A stretch of 64,000 nucleotides of DNA from an uncultured Candidatus Berkelbacteria bacterium (GTDB lineage Bacteria > Patescibacteriota > UBA1384 > UBA12157 > JAENIV01): contig OY969116.1 of assembly GCA_963698075.1 (NCBI GenBank), forward strand, positions 798,131-862,130. The letters are read 5' to 3'. The position numbers and the translations under genes were made by a program. Below the pieces are notes generated by a model that worked only from the letters and a program-made list of their open reading frames with translations, did no database searches and was not told the DNA's origin. Within the stretch, counting starts at the first letter, position 1. Each line of letters begins with the position of its first letter. Shown in pieces: positions 17,100 through 26,726 of this stretch.

Positions 17100-18215
17100 T
17101 TGAAGAACATGCGAAAAATCAAGGTCTTAGAAATTATTGGTGACTCCACTCTAGCCGGGGCACCCCGACATCTTTTAAGTTTATTAGAGAATTTAAAGCC
17201 GAAAAAATTTTCTCTTTTTGTCATTTGTCCGCCTGGCCCCTTAGCGGGAGAGATTAGATCTTTGAAAAAAAACATTGATCTAGAAATCGTGCCGATGCAA
17301 TCTAAGTTGGATTTTTCAAGCATTTACGAAATTCGAGCCAATATTAAACATATCAAGCCCGACATCATTCATATTCATGGCACCCGAGCGGGTTCTGTTG
17401 GTAGGTTAGCCTCAATCAATTTAGGTTATCCGGTGATTTACACCGAACACCTTTGGACAAAGCATTACCGATTGCCCAGCCGGCTTAGTCACGGCTTGCA
17501 AATTGCCGGTCTCTGGTTTTTAGATATGTTTACGACTTTAAACATTGCTGTTTCTCAAGCGGTTAAAGATTTTATGGTTTCCAGCCAAATTTCAAGAGAC
17601 GAAAAAATTATTGTTGTCTATAATGCCACCGAAATTACTAAAAATAAAGCCAAGATTTTTTCCGGAAAAAATTTCCAATTGGGCACCGTCGGTACTTTAA
17701 ACTTTCAAAAGGGCATTCAATATCTTATCCAGGCCATGCCAAAAGTATTGAAGGAATTTCCGCAAACTCATTTAGAGATCGTCGGCGAAGGTAGCTATCG
17801 ACGAACCTTGGAGAAATTAACCACAAGACTGAAGCTGGGAGGAAAAATAATTTTCTCTGGATTCGTCAACGAAATTGATGATAAGATGAGAGAGTTTGAT
17901 GTCTATATCCAACCATCACTTTCGGAAAGTTTCGGCCTGGCAATTATTCAAGCGATGAATTTAGGCATTCCCATCGTCGCCACTAATGCCGGCGGTATTC
18001 CTGAGGTCGTCACGACCGGCAAAAGCGGCCTTTTGGTAGAACCAAGTAACCCCACGGCGTTGGCTGAAGCCATCATTAAGATTCTAAGAGATCCTAAGAG
18101 AGCCAAAGAAATGGGTGATTTGGCCAGAGAGGAAGTCAAAATTAAATTTAATCTGCCCGATATGATCAAAGAAATGGAGCAAATCTATGAGACGCTGGCT
18201 AAAAGTCGCCCTTAG
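17100..18215 (+). CDS. Glycosyltransferase family 4 (GT-B fold)
   Basis: PDIIHIH and PSLSESFGLAIIQAM...VATNAGGIPEVV. Confidence 0.9.
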   Translation: MKNMRKIKVLEIIGDSTLAGAPRHLLSLLENLKPKKFSLFVICPPGPLAGEIRSLKKNIDLEIVPMQSKLDFSSIYEIRANIKHIKPDIIHIHGTRAGSVGRLASINLGYPVIYTEHLWTKHYRLPSRLSHGLQIAGLWFLDMFTTLNIAVSQAVKDFMVSSQISRDEKIIVVYNATEITKNKAKIFSGKNFQLGTVGTLNFQKGIQYLIQAMPKVLKEFPQTHLEIVGEGSYRRTLEKLTTRLKLGGKIIFSGFVNEIDDKMREFDVYIQPSLSESFGLAIIQAMNLGIPIVATNAGGIPEVVTTGKSGLLVEPSNPTALAEAIIKILRDPKRAKEMGDLAREEVKIKFNLPDMIKEMEQIYETLAKSRP

Positions 18216-18987
18216 TCTTAATACCTTAAGAAAAACGCTTGGTTTTGGACAAATCTATGCCGCGACAAAATTCGATCTGAGCTTTCAAACTTTAGATAAA
18301 ATTCCTTTCAAAAATGTTTTGGTTCTCTCGCCTCACCCCGATGATGATGCCTTTGGGATGGGTGGTTTTATTAAAAAAATGACGACGACGGGCACAAAAG
18401 TGACGGTAGCCTATTTTTGTGACGGTTCAAGAGGCGTGCCCGAAGGACGGCCAGTGGGTGAGGAATTAGGCCTGCCCCGGAGGGATGAAAATTTAATTGC
18501 CATCCGGAACACTGAAGCTAAAAGATCAGGTGAAATCTTAGGAATTAGCGAATCAGTTTTTTGGAGTTACCCCGATGGCAAGCTGGCGTCAGGGACTTCG
18601 GCGATTCGAGCATTAACTGACTTGATTTCTCGTCTAAAACCTGAGATAATTTTTCTTCCTTCTTTTTTGGATAATCACGGCGATCATCGGGTCACCAACG
18701 AGATTTTTATCAATGCCGCCAAAACCTTAAAAGATGATTTTCCCATCTGGGCGTATGAGCTTTGGACACCGATTTTCATCAATCGTCTTGTCGATATATC
18801 ATTTTATATCAAGACCAAAACCGAGGCGATTTTGGCTCATGAGTCGCAAATGAAAAGTCGTCGCTATGATAAAGCCATTGTTGCCCTAAATCAATACCGG
18901 GCGGAAATTAACAATCAATCGGGCTTCGCCGAGGGTTTTTTCGCCGCCCCGCTCAAAATTTATCGCGAATTATATCGGAAAAGTTAA
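18187..18987 (+). CDS. PIG-L/LmbE family deacetylase
   Basis: SPHPDDD, DNHGDH and AHESQ motifs. Confidence 0.9.
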   Translation: MRRWLKVALSLNTLRKTLGFGQIYAATKFDLSFQTLDKIPFKNVLVLSPHPDDDAFGMGGFIKKMTTTGTKVTVAYFCDGSRGVPEGRPVGEELGLPRRDENLIAIRNTEAKRSGEILGISESVFWSYPDGKLASGTSAIRALTDLISRLKPEIIFLPSFLDNHGDHRVTNEIFINAAKTLKDDFPIWAYELWTPIFINRLVDISFYIKTKTEAILAHESQMKSRRYDKAIVALNQYRAEINNQSGFAEGFFAAPLKIYRELYRKS

Positions 18988-18990
18988 TAT

Positions 18991-19064
18991 TGCGAGATAG
19001 TTTAATGGTAGAACACCAGGCTCTGGACCTGGTAATCCTGGTTCGAGTCCAGGTCTCGCAGCCA
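18991..19064 (+). tRNA. tRNA-Gln (anticodon CTG)
   Basis: Acceptor TGCGAGA/TCTCGCA, anticodon arm CCAGG-ctCTGga-CCTGG, GTTCGAGTC T-loop, encoded CCA. Confidence 0.95.
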
Positions 19065-19067
19065 AAT

Positions 19068-19139
19068 GGCGTGTTCGTCTAGTGGTTAGGACGCAGGGTT
19101 CTCAGCCCTGTAACACGGGTCCGACTCCCGTACACGCTA
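19068..19139 (+). tRNA. tRNA-Glu (anticodon CTC)
   Basis: Acceptor GGCGTGT/ACACGCT, anticodon arm CAGGG-ttCTCag-CCCTG, T arm ACGGG-TCCGACT-CCCGT; no encoded CCA. Confidence 0.9.
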
Positions 19140-19165
19140 TATCATCAGACATTAGAAATTATTTA

Positions 19166-19846
19166 ATGCAACATTCATTACTATATTTAGTCATTACCGC
19201 TGGACTCGTGGACAGCTTTAATCCTTGTGCTATTGCGGTGCTCTTGATTTTTATTGCCCTCATGTTTACCTTCAAAAAATCACGAAGGCGCATTTTCTTT
19301 TTGGGTCTAACATATATTTTTGCCATCTATTTTACCTATTTAGCCATTGGTGTCGGCTTACTAAGGGCTGTTTATTTATTCGCCATCCCGCGCTATTTTA
19401 CGATTGTTATTGGCTGGGGTTTGATTGTTTGGGGAATTTGGGGTTTTAAAGATTATTTTTTCCCAAAACTTCCATGGCGACTTTCAACCTCACTTAAATC
19501 AAGACAAATAATTGCTTCTTGGGCCGATAAATTTACCATTCCAGCGACTTTAGTTATGGGTTTTTTCGTGGCGATTTTTGGTTTCCCTTGCACCGGGGGA
19601 ATATATTTGGCAACCCTTGCTTTGCTTTCGGCGAAAGAAACTTATCTTAAAGGAATTTTTTATCTTTTAATTTATAATTTAATGTTCGTTCTGCCCCTAA
19701 TTGTGATTTTTACCGCGACCGCTAACAGATTTATGGCTGAAAAAATAATCAATTGGAACGAGAAAAATAACCCCATATTTAGGTTAATTATTTCCACCAT
19801 CACCTTGATTTTAGGGACAGTCTTGGTTTTTTATTTAACTAAATGA
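19166..19846 (+). CDS. CcdA/DsbD-like transmembrane thiol electron transporter
   Basis: GLVDSFNPCA and FPCTGGIY membrane Cys pair; start moved past the tRNA. Confidence 0.8.
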   Translation: MQHSLLYLVITAGLVDSFNPCAIAVLLIFIALMFTFKKSRRRIFFLGLTYIFAIYFTYLAIGVGLLRAVYLFAIPRYFTIVIGWGLIVWGIWGFKDYFFPKLPWRLSTSLKSRQIIASWADKFTIPATLVMGFFVAIFGFPCTGGIYLATLALLSAKETYLKGIFYLLIYNLMFVLPLIVIFTATANRFMAEKIINWNEKNNPIFRLIISTITLILGTVLVFYLTK

Positions 19847-19944
19847 TAAAATGGATACGAAATACAAAAAGTTACGAAAATACAGAATCTTTCTTTTTCG
19901 TATTTTTGTAATAATTTCGTAGTTCGTATTTTAAGCGAGGAATA

Positions 19945-20190
19945 ATGGATAACCAACCGCAAAAACAAGAACCAACAAAAAAAGTCATCGCTGTTGATCA
20001 AGCCCGATGCATTGGTTGCGGACTTTGCGTCACCACCTGTGGAGATGTTTTTGAGCTTGGCGAAGATGGTAAGTCTCATGTCAAAAATGCAGTCGGCTGC
20101 CAAACTTGCAATTGCCAGCAAGCACTTGACGAATGTCCAGCCAACGCAATTTCCTGGCAGGAAATTGAAAATCCGAAATTCGAAGCATGA
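19945..20190 (+). CDS. Ferredoxin
   Basis: CIGCGLC...C and ECPANAIS. Confidence 0.88.
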   Translation: MDNQPQKQEPTKKVIAVDQARCIGCGLCVTTCGDVFELGEDGKSHVKNAVGCQTCNCQQALDECPANAISWQEIENPKFEA

Positions 20191-20312
20191 AATCCTAAAT
20201 AAATGAACGCCTAAAAACAAATTTTCAAAATTAAAAAAAAATTTAAATATTAGAACATTGGAATTTAGATATTATTTAGAATTTAGAAATTAGGATTTAG
20301 AGTTTAAATTTT
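20165..20312. repeat. AT-rich heptamer-periodic inverted-repeat element (copy 2)
   Basis: Arms nearly identical to 705-846; supplies the last codons and stop of the ferredoxin gene. Confidence 0.7.
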
Positions 20313-20325
20313 CCGAAGGAAAATT

Positions 20326-21246
20326 ATGTATGACTCAATCATTATTGGCGCGGGTCCAGCTGGTTTAACTGCCGCTATCTATTTAATCCGAAAAAAATTG
20401 AAAATTTTGGTTTTAACTCAAAAATTAGGCGGTCAAATTATGGACGGACCCTTAATTGAAAATTATCCAGGGATAGAAAAAATTTCCGGAGCCGACTGGG
20501 TGGACAAAACATTCAAGCAGGCTAAAGCATTGGGAGTGGAAATAAAATCAAACGTTGAAGTAAAAAAGATCAAACAAAAAGATGATACCTTCGAAGTTGA
20601 AATTATTGGTGGGAGGTTTGAAGCCCGTTCAATCATTGTTTGCTCAGGTAAAAGTCCTCGTAAGCTTGGCGTCCCGGGTGAAGAAAAATTTATTGGCAAA
20701 GGGCTTTCGTCCTGCGTCACTTGTGACGGCCCCTTGTTTCGTGACAAAGAGGTTGCCGTTATTGGTGGGGGTAATTCGGCGATTTCGGCCGCTTTAGAAC
20801 TCGAAAAATATGCTCGAAAAATTTACATTATTAATTTGGGGCAAGATTTAATCGGCGAAGAAATAAGAATTGACAAAGTTAAAAAATCGACCAAAATTGA
20901 AGTTATTGCTTCGGCCAAAACGACCGCCATCTTGGGATCCAATTTGGTTGAGAGTCTCAAATACCAAGATTTAAAAACCGGCGAAGCTTCAGAAATTAAA
21001 ATCCAAGGCATTTTTGTGGAAATCGGCTGGGTGCCCTCAACCGCTTATTTGGAGAATTTTGTCGAATTGACTCCCGCTAAAGAAGTTAAAATTAATAAAG
21101 ACAACGCTACCAGCATCCCGGGCGTTTTCGCCGGCGGAGACATCACTGATATTGGCTATAAACAATTAGTCATTGCTTGCGGCGAAGGTGCCAAAGCCGG
21201 CCTAAGCGCTTGGGATTATTTAACTTTAAACAAGGAGACAAAATGA
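20326..21246 (+). CDS. trxB: Thioredoxin-disulfide reductase
   Basis: IIGAGPAGLTAA, CVTCDG, VIGGGNSA and GVFAGGD. Confidence 0.9.
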   Translation: MYDSIIIGAGPAGLTAAIYLIRKKLKILVLTQKLGGQIMDGPLIENYPGIEKISGADWVDKTFKQAKALGVEIKSNVEVKKIKQKDDTFEVEIIGGRFEARSIIVCSGKSPRKLGVPGEEKFIGKGLSSCVTCDGPLFRDKEVAVIGGGNSAISAALELEKYARKIYIINLGQDLIGEEIRIDKVKKSTKIEVIASAKTTAILGSNLVESLKYQDLKTGEASEIKIQGIFVEIGWVPSTAYLENFVELTPAKEVKINKDNATSIPGVFAGGDITDIGYKQLVIACGEGAKAGLSAWDYLTLNKETK

Positions 21247-21614
21247 AAGTCCTAATCGTTGATGATGAAAAGGGAATTTTAAAGATGTATAGTGAGTTTT
21301 TAACTGGCACTGGCATCGAAGTTTTACAGGCGACCGATGGTCAAACAGGGATTAGATTGGCCAAAGAGCAAAAGCCAGATGTCATTTTGCTCGATATCAT
21401 CATGCCGCGATATAATGGCCTTGATGTCTTAAAAGATCTTAAAGCCGATCAAGAAGTTAAAAATATACCGGTTTTCTTACTAACTAACCTTCCGGCCGAA
21501 AGTTCCGAGGGCAAGGCCAAAGAATTAGGCGCCGCTGGTTATTTAGTCAAAGCGGAATACGAGCCCAAGATGATTTTGGATGTTATTCAAGGCGCCGTCA
21601 AAAGTCCTCGTTAA
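21243..21614 (+). CDS. Single-domain response regulator (REC)
   Basis: KVLIVDD, PDVILLDIIMP and GYLVK; SD AAGGAG. Confidence 0.9.
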   Translation: MKVLIVDDEKGILKMYSEFLTGTGIEVLQATDGQTGIRLAKEQKPDVILLDIIMPRYNGLDVLKDLKADQEVKNIPVFLLTNLPAESSEGKAKELGAAGYLVKAEYEPKMILDVIQGAVKSPR

Positions 21615-22873
21615 TTAGGAATTTCAAAGGTGAAAGTTGCCCCTCTTCTTCCGCCGGCTGGCGGATTTTTCTCGGCCCAGATTTTACCACCATGCTTTTC
21701 AATAATTAAGCGTGTGATATAGAGACCCAAGCCAGTGCCTTGGTTATCGAGCTCTAAAATATCTTTACCTCTAAAAAATGGCTGAAAAAGCTTTTCCCGG
21801 CCTTCTTCTTTAATTCCGACGCCTTCATCAATAATTTTGACGGTGGTAACTTTTTCATTTTGTTCTGATTCGATACGAATTTTACCCTGCGGAGTGTATT
21901 TAATCGCATTATCTACGAGATTATAGATACAATTGCGAATTTTATCAGCGTCGACATTAATTGGCTTGGTATCATGAGTTTGACAAATAAGGAGAACGTT
22001 ATTTTTCGGTCGAGTTTTTTGAAATTGATCGACGACATTTTTTAAAATATCACCGATCTTTGTTGAAGTTTTTTTAAGCTCGAAAGTGCCACTCTGAATT
22101 CGTGAAATCGAGAGTAATTCCGAAACTAAATTTATCATCCTTTTTGTGTTGGCATAAACTTCCCCGACTGCCGCCTTCTGCTTCGGCTCAAGCTTACCGT
22201 AGTTTTCATCATTAAGCATCGAAACAAATCCTCGAATAATTGAAAGTGGGGTAAAAAGCTGATGGGAAGTCAACGATAAAAATTCTTTTTGACGCCCCGC
22301 CTCCTCCTCCAACACTTTTTGACGAGCCAAAGATTCCTCTTTGGCCATTCTTTCTTGGCGGATTTGGAGGGCCAAGGCTCGACAGAAAATTGTCATCAAA
22401 AGGATCAAACCAATCTGCCAGGCGCCTTGATAAAGAGCTTGAGTTTGCGGCAAAAGCTCTTGAGAGCCCAAAAATACTTCGAAAGCGACAAAAACAGAGG
22501 CGATGGTGGCAATGAGTAAAGCATTGATAAATTCTAGTTCCAAAGCAGCAGCGGCAATCGGCAAGAAATAAAGAGCGAAAAAATATTGACCATAATCTTT
22601 AAGCACATGGATTAAAACACCAATTAGAACAATGTCGGCAATGGTCTTGAGATAAAAACGATTTGAGCGCGAGAAATATTTATAAATGACTAAATAATAG
22701 ACGAGAACAAAAGAAATCAATCCCCCGATTAAATAATAAACTTGATCGTTTTCAATCAGTTTTAATGGTAAAAACCGGACGCCGAAAATGATGAGAACCA
22801 TCACAATCCAAGTTGAGACCTCAATTATTTTCTCATAGCGACCAAAACGGCGACGATTATTTTGTTCAGGCAA
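21611..22873 (-). CDS. Membrane sensor histidine kinase
   Basis: H-box SHQLFTPL, N-box NLVDNAIKY and G-boxes; multi-TM N-terminus. Confidence 0.92.
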   Translation of the reverse strand: MPEQNNRRRFGRYEKIIEVSTWIVMVLIIFGVRFLPLKLIENDQVYYLIGGLISFVLVYYLVIYKYFSRSNRFYLKTIADIVLIGVLIHVLKDYGQYFFALYFLPIAAAALELEFINALLIATIASVFVAFEVFLGSQELLPQTQALYQGAWQIGLILLMTIFCRALALQIRQERMAKEESLARQKVLEEEAGRQKEFLSLTSHQLFTPLSIIRGFVSMLNDENYGKLEPKQKAAVGEVYANTKRMINLVSELLSISRIQSGTFELKKTSTKIGDILKNVVDQFQKTRPKNNVLLICQTHDTKPINVDADKIRNCIYNLVDNAIKYTPQGKIRIESEQNEKVTTVKIIDEGVGIKEEGREKLFQPFFRGKDILELDNQGTGLGLYITRLIIEKHGGKIWAEKNPPAGGRRGATFTFEIPN

Positions 22874-22974
22874 TTTACCCTCCTTTTTTCATTGTAGCAT
22901 TTTTTGATTGATATTGTCAGAATGATCTTTTAAGATTGAAACTAGGGGAAGAACGTTGACAAGGAGAAAAGACC

Positions 22975-24417
22975 ATGACCCGACGGTCTTTCTTGGCCGG
23001 AGTGATTTTCGGTCTTTTTGGCCCCCGTTTCGTTTGTCGGCTGCTGGCTGATTCGATAAAAGGTGGTCGATGGTATCCAGGTATCATCCATGTCCATTCG
23101 ACCTTCTCCGATGGTGACCGTACCCCAGCCATGCTCAAAAATGCTGCTGTTGCCAATGGCTTGGCTTTCTTGATTGTCACTGATCACTGGGAGCAGATTC
23201 CGAAAGAAAAAAAGCTCTCGGGCCTGGTAACTGATGACTTTGGTTTTGATAAGTATTTGGCGAGTTTCCAAAGCACGCCCAAACTTATCATCATTGCCGC
23301 CGCCGAGATCGCGGTTCCTCGTCAAGGGGCTTCCTCGCATGTTCTGGCCATCGGCGATCTTCGGAAAATCATCGGCCAAACATATTCCTCTCCTAAAGAT
23401 CTTATCGAGAACTTGAGCCGGGCTGGACTGTTGGCAGTCGCGGCCCATCCCGATCTCAACGAGAAGGGTCGAAACTTCATTTTTGACCTTTCAATGGCAC
23501 CCTCCATCGCGGGCATTGAGTTTTACAATCAGAGCCGAGACGCGGACCGAAAGACCTTGGGGCGGCTTCTGGATTTGATTGCCGCCGGCGCCGCCGGCCG
23601 AGACATTTTTGTCACCTCCGGCTGTGACAGCCATATGTCTGTTGATCCTACCAGTTTGGATCTCGCTCGCTGGACTCACAAGACTTACGTCTGGGTTGAG
23701 GATAAACTAACGGATGAAAACCTGCTCGCGGCTCTGGCTAATGGTCGGACCTACGCCGCCAACGACGGAGCCCAGTTAGTCTCAATCAACCATCTGCCCG
23801 GATTTACGCCGCAGTCTGTCAACCGGCCGGAGTTCTTCTTCACCATCAGTTTGCCAGATAAGGCCTCATGGAAAAAGGCCAAACTCTATCGTGACGGTCA
23901 ATTCTTAGGTTTTGCCGCCCCGGAGAAGACGAGCGATGGTCAGCGCTATCATTTTCATGACACACAATGCTCCCAAGGGACTCATCGTTATATCATCGAA
24001 ATCGAAGACTATCTCGTAACCTCGCCAATCATCCTTGATGTCAAAGATGATTCCTTGCCACGCGTGGGTTTTGGGACGGACCGACGCGATCGTGATGGTC
24101 TCTGGCCCGAAAGGGTTTGCCGTAATTTTCTTGCCAGTGCTGGCACCCAACTCCCCATTGCTAGCAACGCCCCCGTCACCAAAAAGACTCTCCAGAACTT
24201 TATCGCCTTGGCCAAAAAGGCGAAAGCAGGAGCCTTTGGTTCCGGCAAAGTCTATGAAATCGATGGCACGACTCGATGCGATGTCCATGTCGAAGTGGAT
24301 ACGACTAACAATCCCTTGAGTAAGACAGAAGACCGTGACCACAGCACTTGGATCCTGGTTCTCGAGAACAACCAATGGAAAATCTGGGACATTGTCGAGG
24401 GTTACGTTAACTGGTAA
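22975..24417 (+). CDS. PHP-domain (CehA/McbA-like) metallohydrolase with a twin-arginine-like N-terminus
   Basis: HVHSTFSDG, VTDH, AAHP and GCDSH; N-terminus MTRRSFLAG. Confidence 0.8.
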   Translation: MTRRSFLAGVIFGLFGPRFVCRLLADSIKGGRWYPGIIHVHSTFSDGDRTPAMLKNAAVANGLAFLIVTDHWEQIPKEKKLSGLVTDDFGFDKYLASFQSTPKLIIIAAAEIAVPRQGASSHVLAIGDLRKIIGQTYSSPKDLIENLSRAGLLAVAAHPDLNEKGRNFIFDLSMAPSIAGIEFYNQSRDADRKTLGRLLDLIAAGAAGRDIFVTSGCDSHMSVDPTSLDLARWTHKTYVWVEDKLTDENLLAALANGRTYAANDGAQLVSINHLPGFTPQSVNRPEFFFTISLPDKASWKKAKLYRDGQFLGFAAPEKTSDGQRYHFHDTQCSQGTHRYIIEIEDYLVTSPIILDVKDDSLPRVGFGTDRRDRDGLWPERVCRNFLASAGTQLPIASNAPVTKKTLQNFIALAKKAKAGAFGSGKVYEIDGTTRCDVHVEVDTTNNPLSKTEDRDHSTWILVLENNQWKIWDIVEGYVNW

Positions 24418-24432
24418 GACCGAACTTTTCAG

Positions 24433-24467
24433 GCCCGCCTTCGCTTCACGCGAAGGCGGGCTTTCTT
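24433..24467 (+). terminator. Terminator/palindromic element
   Basis: gcccgccttcgc/gcgaaggcgggc stem followed by tttctt; related sequence at about 25830-25860. Confidence 0.7.
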
Positions 24468-24537
24468 GAAGGGTTGACATGATTTATTGCCTATGTGGTA
24501 TATTAAATACACACTAATAATCTATAAAGGAGGCAGG

Positions 24538-24861
24538 ATGGACCCAAGAGAAAAAAAGGAAATGGCCGGCATTGTCGGTGAGGCGATCGACCAAAAGGTT
24601 GTGCCGCGGTTGGCAAAGTTAGAAACAATGATTCCCAAGGTGGATAAAATTGGAGAATCAGTAGAATTTATAAGGGAGCAGGTGGCGGAGAATTCTATTG
24701 ATATTACGGAAATGAAGGAAGATCTCAGCGATTCGAAATTCACAATCGAAAGAATAGAAACTCGTTTGCATACTGTCGTGAAGGACCAAGATAGTATGGA
24801 CTTGAAGACCAAGCAAATGAATCGTCGCGTCCTCCGACTAGAATCAAAAAAGGCGAGTTAA
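24538..24861 (+). CDS. Small coiled-coil hypothetical protein
   Basis: AAGGAGG SD; heptad pattern; similar to 28276-28527. Confidence 0.7.
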   Translation: MDPREKKEMAGIVGEAIDQKVVPRLAKLETMIPKVDKIGESVEFIREQVAENSIDITEMKEDLSDSKFTIERIETRLHTVVKDQDSMDLKTKQMNRRVLRLESKKAS

Positions 24862-24971
24862 TTTATCCAAAATTTTTAATTGAACTCAGTAATTATCAAA
24901 GCTTTTTTGATTGTTTTTTTAAGCTTTATCTGTTAGAATAATCTTAACTCGAAGTGGGGAGGACGTTGAGA

Positions 24972-25778
24972 ATGGCACGTGCGGCCTGGATTGTCATTAT
25001 CGCTGTCGTCGTCTGCACTTTCATAGGCGTACAAGTGTACGACAACCAGATGGTTCCAACGATGAAGAAGATCCAGGTTGTCTGTGATGATCCCAAACAC
25101 CAAGGCAACCGAGTCGTCTTGACTGATGAGAAACCGACTATCGCTAAAAGAAAGGATGCTCGTCACGAGATTGTCGAAGTCCAGCGTACCTCTGCCTGTC
25201 TGCAATGCCAGAAGCGCAAAGAGCAAGAATTCCAGATTGCCAGATCAAGAGCCGAGACAGATGATCTGATAAGGCATCTTGATTATCATTTCGCGTTCGA
25301 GCTAGCTTTCGCCACTGAATATGTTCGAGAGAAGTCATTGCCACCAGGCGGCGGGATCACCTTCCACGTTGATGTTAAGAATAAAGGATCTAGCGTCATC
25401 GAAGGGTTGCGGTTTATTGTTCAGCCCGTAAGCTATCTCTATTTGACGCCATTCCGGGAGGTTTCGGTATTCGACCGGGCATTACACGATGTTCACGTTG
25501 GCTACGACAAGAAGGACGCCGCGCTCTTGAAGAATCTGACGACCACTGGCTTGGCCGTCTGCGACTACCAAGGACGCAGCAAGCTTTTCCCTCAGGGTAA
25601 TCCCTATTATCCGGAAAACGTGGGTTATTGTGACACGGCGTTTATGTTGCGCGGTCGATTGGCGTTGAGTCCTAAACTCCAACCTGGTCAGGATGTCCAG
25701 TTCCAGGGATACCTCATCTACAAGAATAAGAAGATTCCCCTCGGTACCCTGACGGTCCACGTTATGTATCCTGGCTAA
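24972..25778 (+). CDS. Membrane-anchored/exported hypothetical protein (GC-rich cassette)
   Basis: N-terminal hydrophobic helix, CLQC motif, GGAGG upstream, terminator-like hairpin at about 25800. Confidence 0.65.
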   Translation: MARAAWIVIIAVVVCTFIGVQVYDNQMVPTMKKIQVVCDDPKHQGNRVVLTDEKPTIAKRKDARHEIVEVQRTSACLQCQKRKEQEFQIARSRAETDDLIRHLDYHFAFELAFATEYVREKSLPPGGGITFHVDVKNKGSSVIEGLRFIVQPVSYLYLTPFREVSVFDRALHDVHVGYDKKDAALLKNLTTTGLAVCDYQGRSKLFPQGNPYYPENVGYCDTAFMLRGRLALSPKLQPGQDVQFQGYLIYKNKKIPLGTLTVHVMYPG

Positions 25779-25919
25779 CCCCCACCACCAGTCATCATCA
25801 AGGCGGTCGGAAGTTTTCGGCCGCTTTTACCCGCCAGTAGCTTTATGCGAAGGCGGGTTTCGTTATCCATTGAAAATTTAAGAGAACTTTGAGAGAATAA
25901 GACAAGAAAGAGAGAACTA

Positions 25920-26726
25920 ATGTCTAAAATTGATAAAACTGCCTTCCACCTCGAACATCATTCCCGCGATTTGGGGCTTTTAACCGAAGAAGAACAACAA
26001 AAAATTGATGACACAACGTTGCTTATCGCCGGTTGTGGGGTTGGCTCGCTGATTGCTATCTCTGCCGCTCGGCTCGGTTTTGAAAAATTCGTCCTCGTCG
26101 ACGGCGACAAAGTGGAATTATCTAATATCAATCGTCAGGGATATAGTTCTCACGATGTCGGTAAATTCAAAGTCAATGCTTTAGCCAAAAGACTCCGTCA
26201 AATTAATCCCCACATTCAAATCAAAAAATACCCGGTTTTTGTTGATCTTGGAAACGCCGCCCGATTAGTCCACAAGGCCGATATTATTATTGATACAATT
26301 GATCCTACTGCGGCCCAAGCCGTCATTGCCATGCACCGGGCGGCCCAAAGAGAACATAAAACCATTATTGGGCCGATGGATGTTGGCTGGGGGGGATTGC
26401 TTCAAATTTTTACCCCCGATTCAATTTCCTATGAGAAAATGATTGGTCTTGATCCAGAAACGCCAGTGGAAAAAATCAGCAACGAAGAGGGCTATGGTAA
26501 ATTCGTCCAATATTTCATCAAATTTTTGCCGGAATATGTGCAGAAGATGGCGATGGAAGTGGTTGAGGGCAAGCGTAAACATTATCCACAGCCCGTTTCC
26601 GCCGCCTATATTTTATCTGCCATGACGGTGATGGCCGCCAAGCGAGTGGCCAATGATGAGCCAATTATTACTGCTCCCGATTATATTTCTTTTGATCCCA
26701 ACGAGGTTTTAAAGCCAAAAAAATGA
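25920..26726 (+). CDS. Stand-alone ThiF/E1-like adenylyltransferase
   Basis: IAGCGVGS, LVDGDKVELSNINRQ, DVGKFKV and IIIDTID. Confidence 0.9.
   Translation: MSKIDKTAFHLEHHSRDLGLLTEEEQQKIDDTTLLIAGCGVGSLIAISAARLGFEKFVLVDGDKVELSNINRQGYSSHDVGKFKVNALAKRLRQINPHIQIKKYPVFVDLGNAARLVHKADIIIDTIDPTAAQAVIAMHRAAQREHKTIIGPMDVGWGGLLQIFTPDSISYEKMIGLDPETPVEKISNEEGYGKFVQYFIKFLPEYVQKMAMEVVEGKRKHYPQPVSAAYILSAMTVMAAKRVANDEPIITAPDYISFDPNEVLKPKK

Noticed and set aside
19082-19165. N-terminal extension of the CcdA-like ORF
   Set aside because: It overlaps tRNA-Glu; ATG 19166 is preferred
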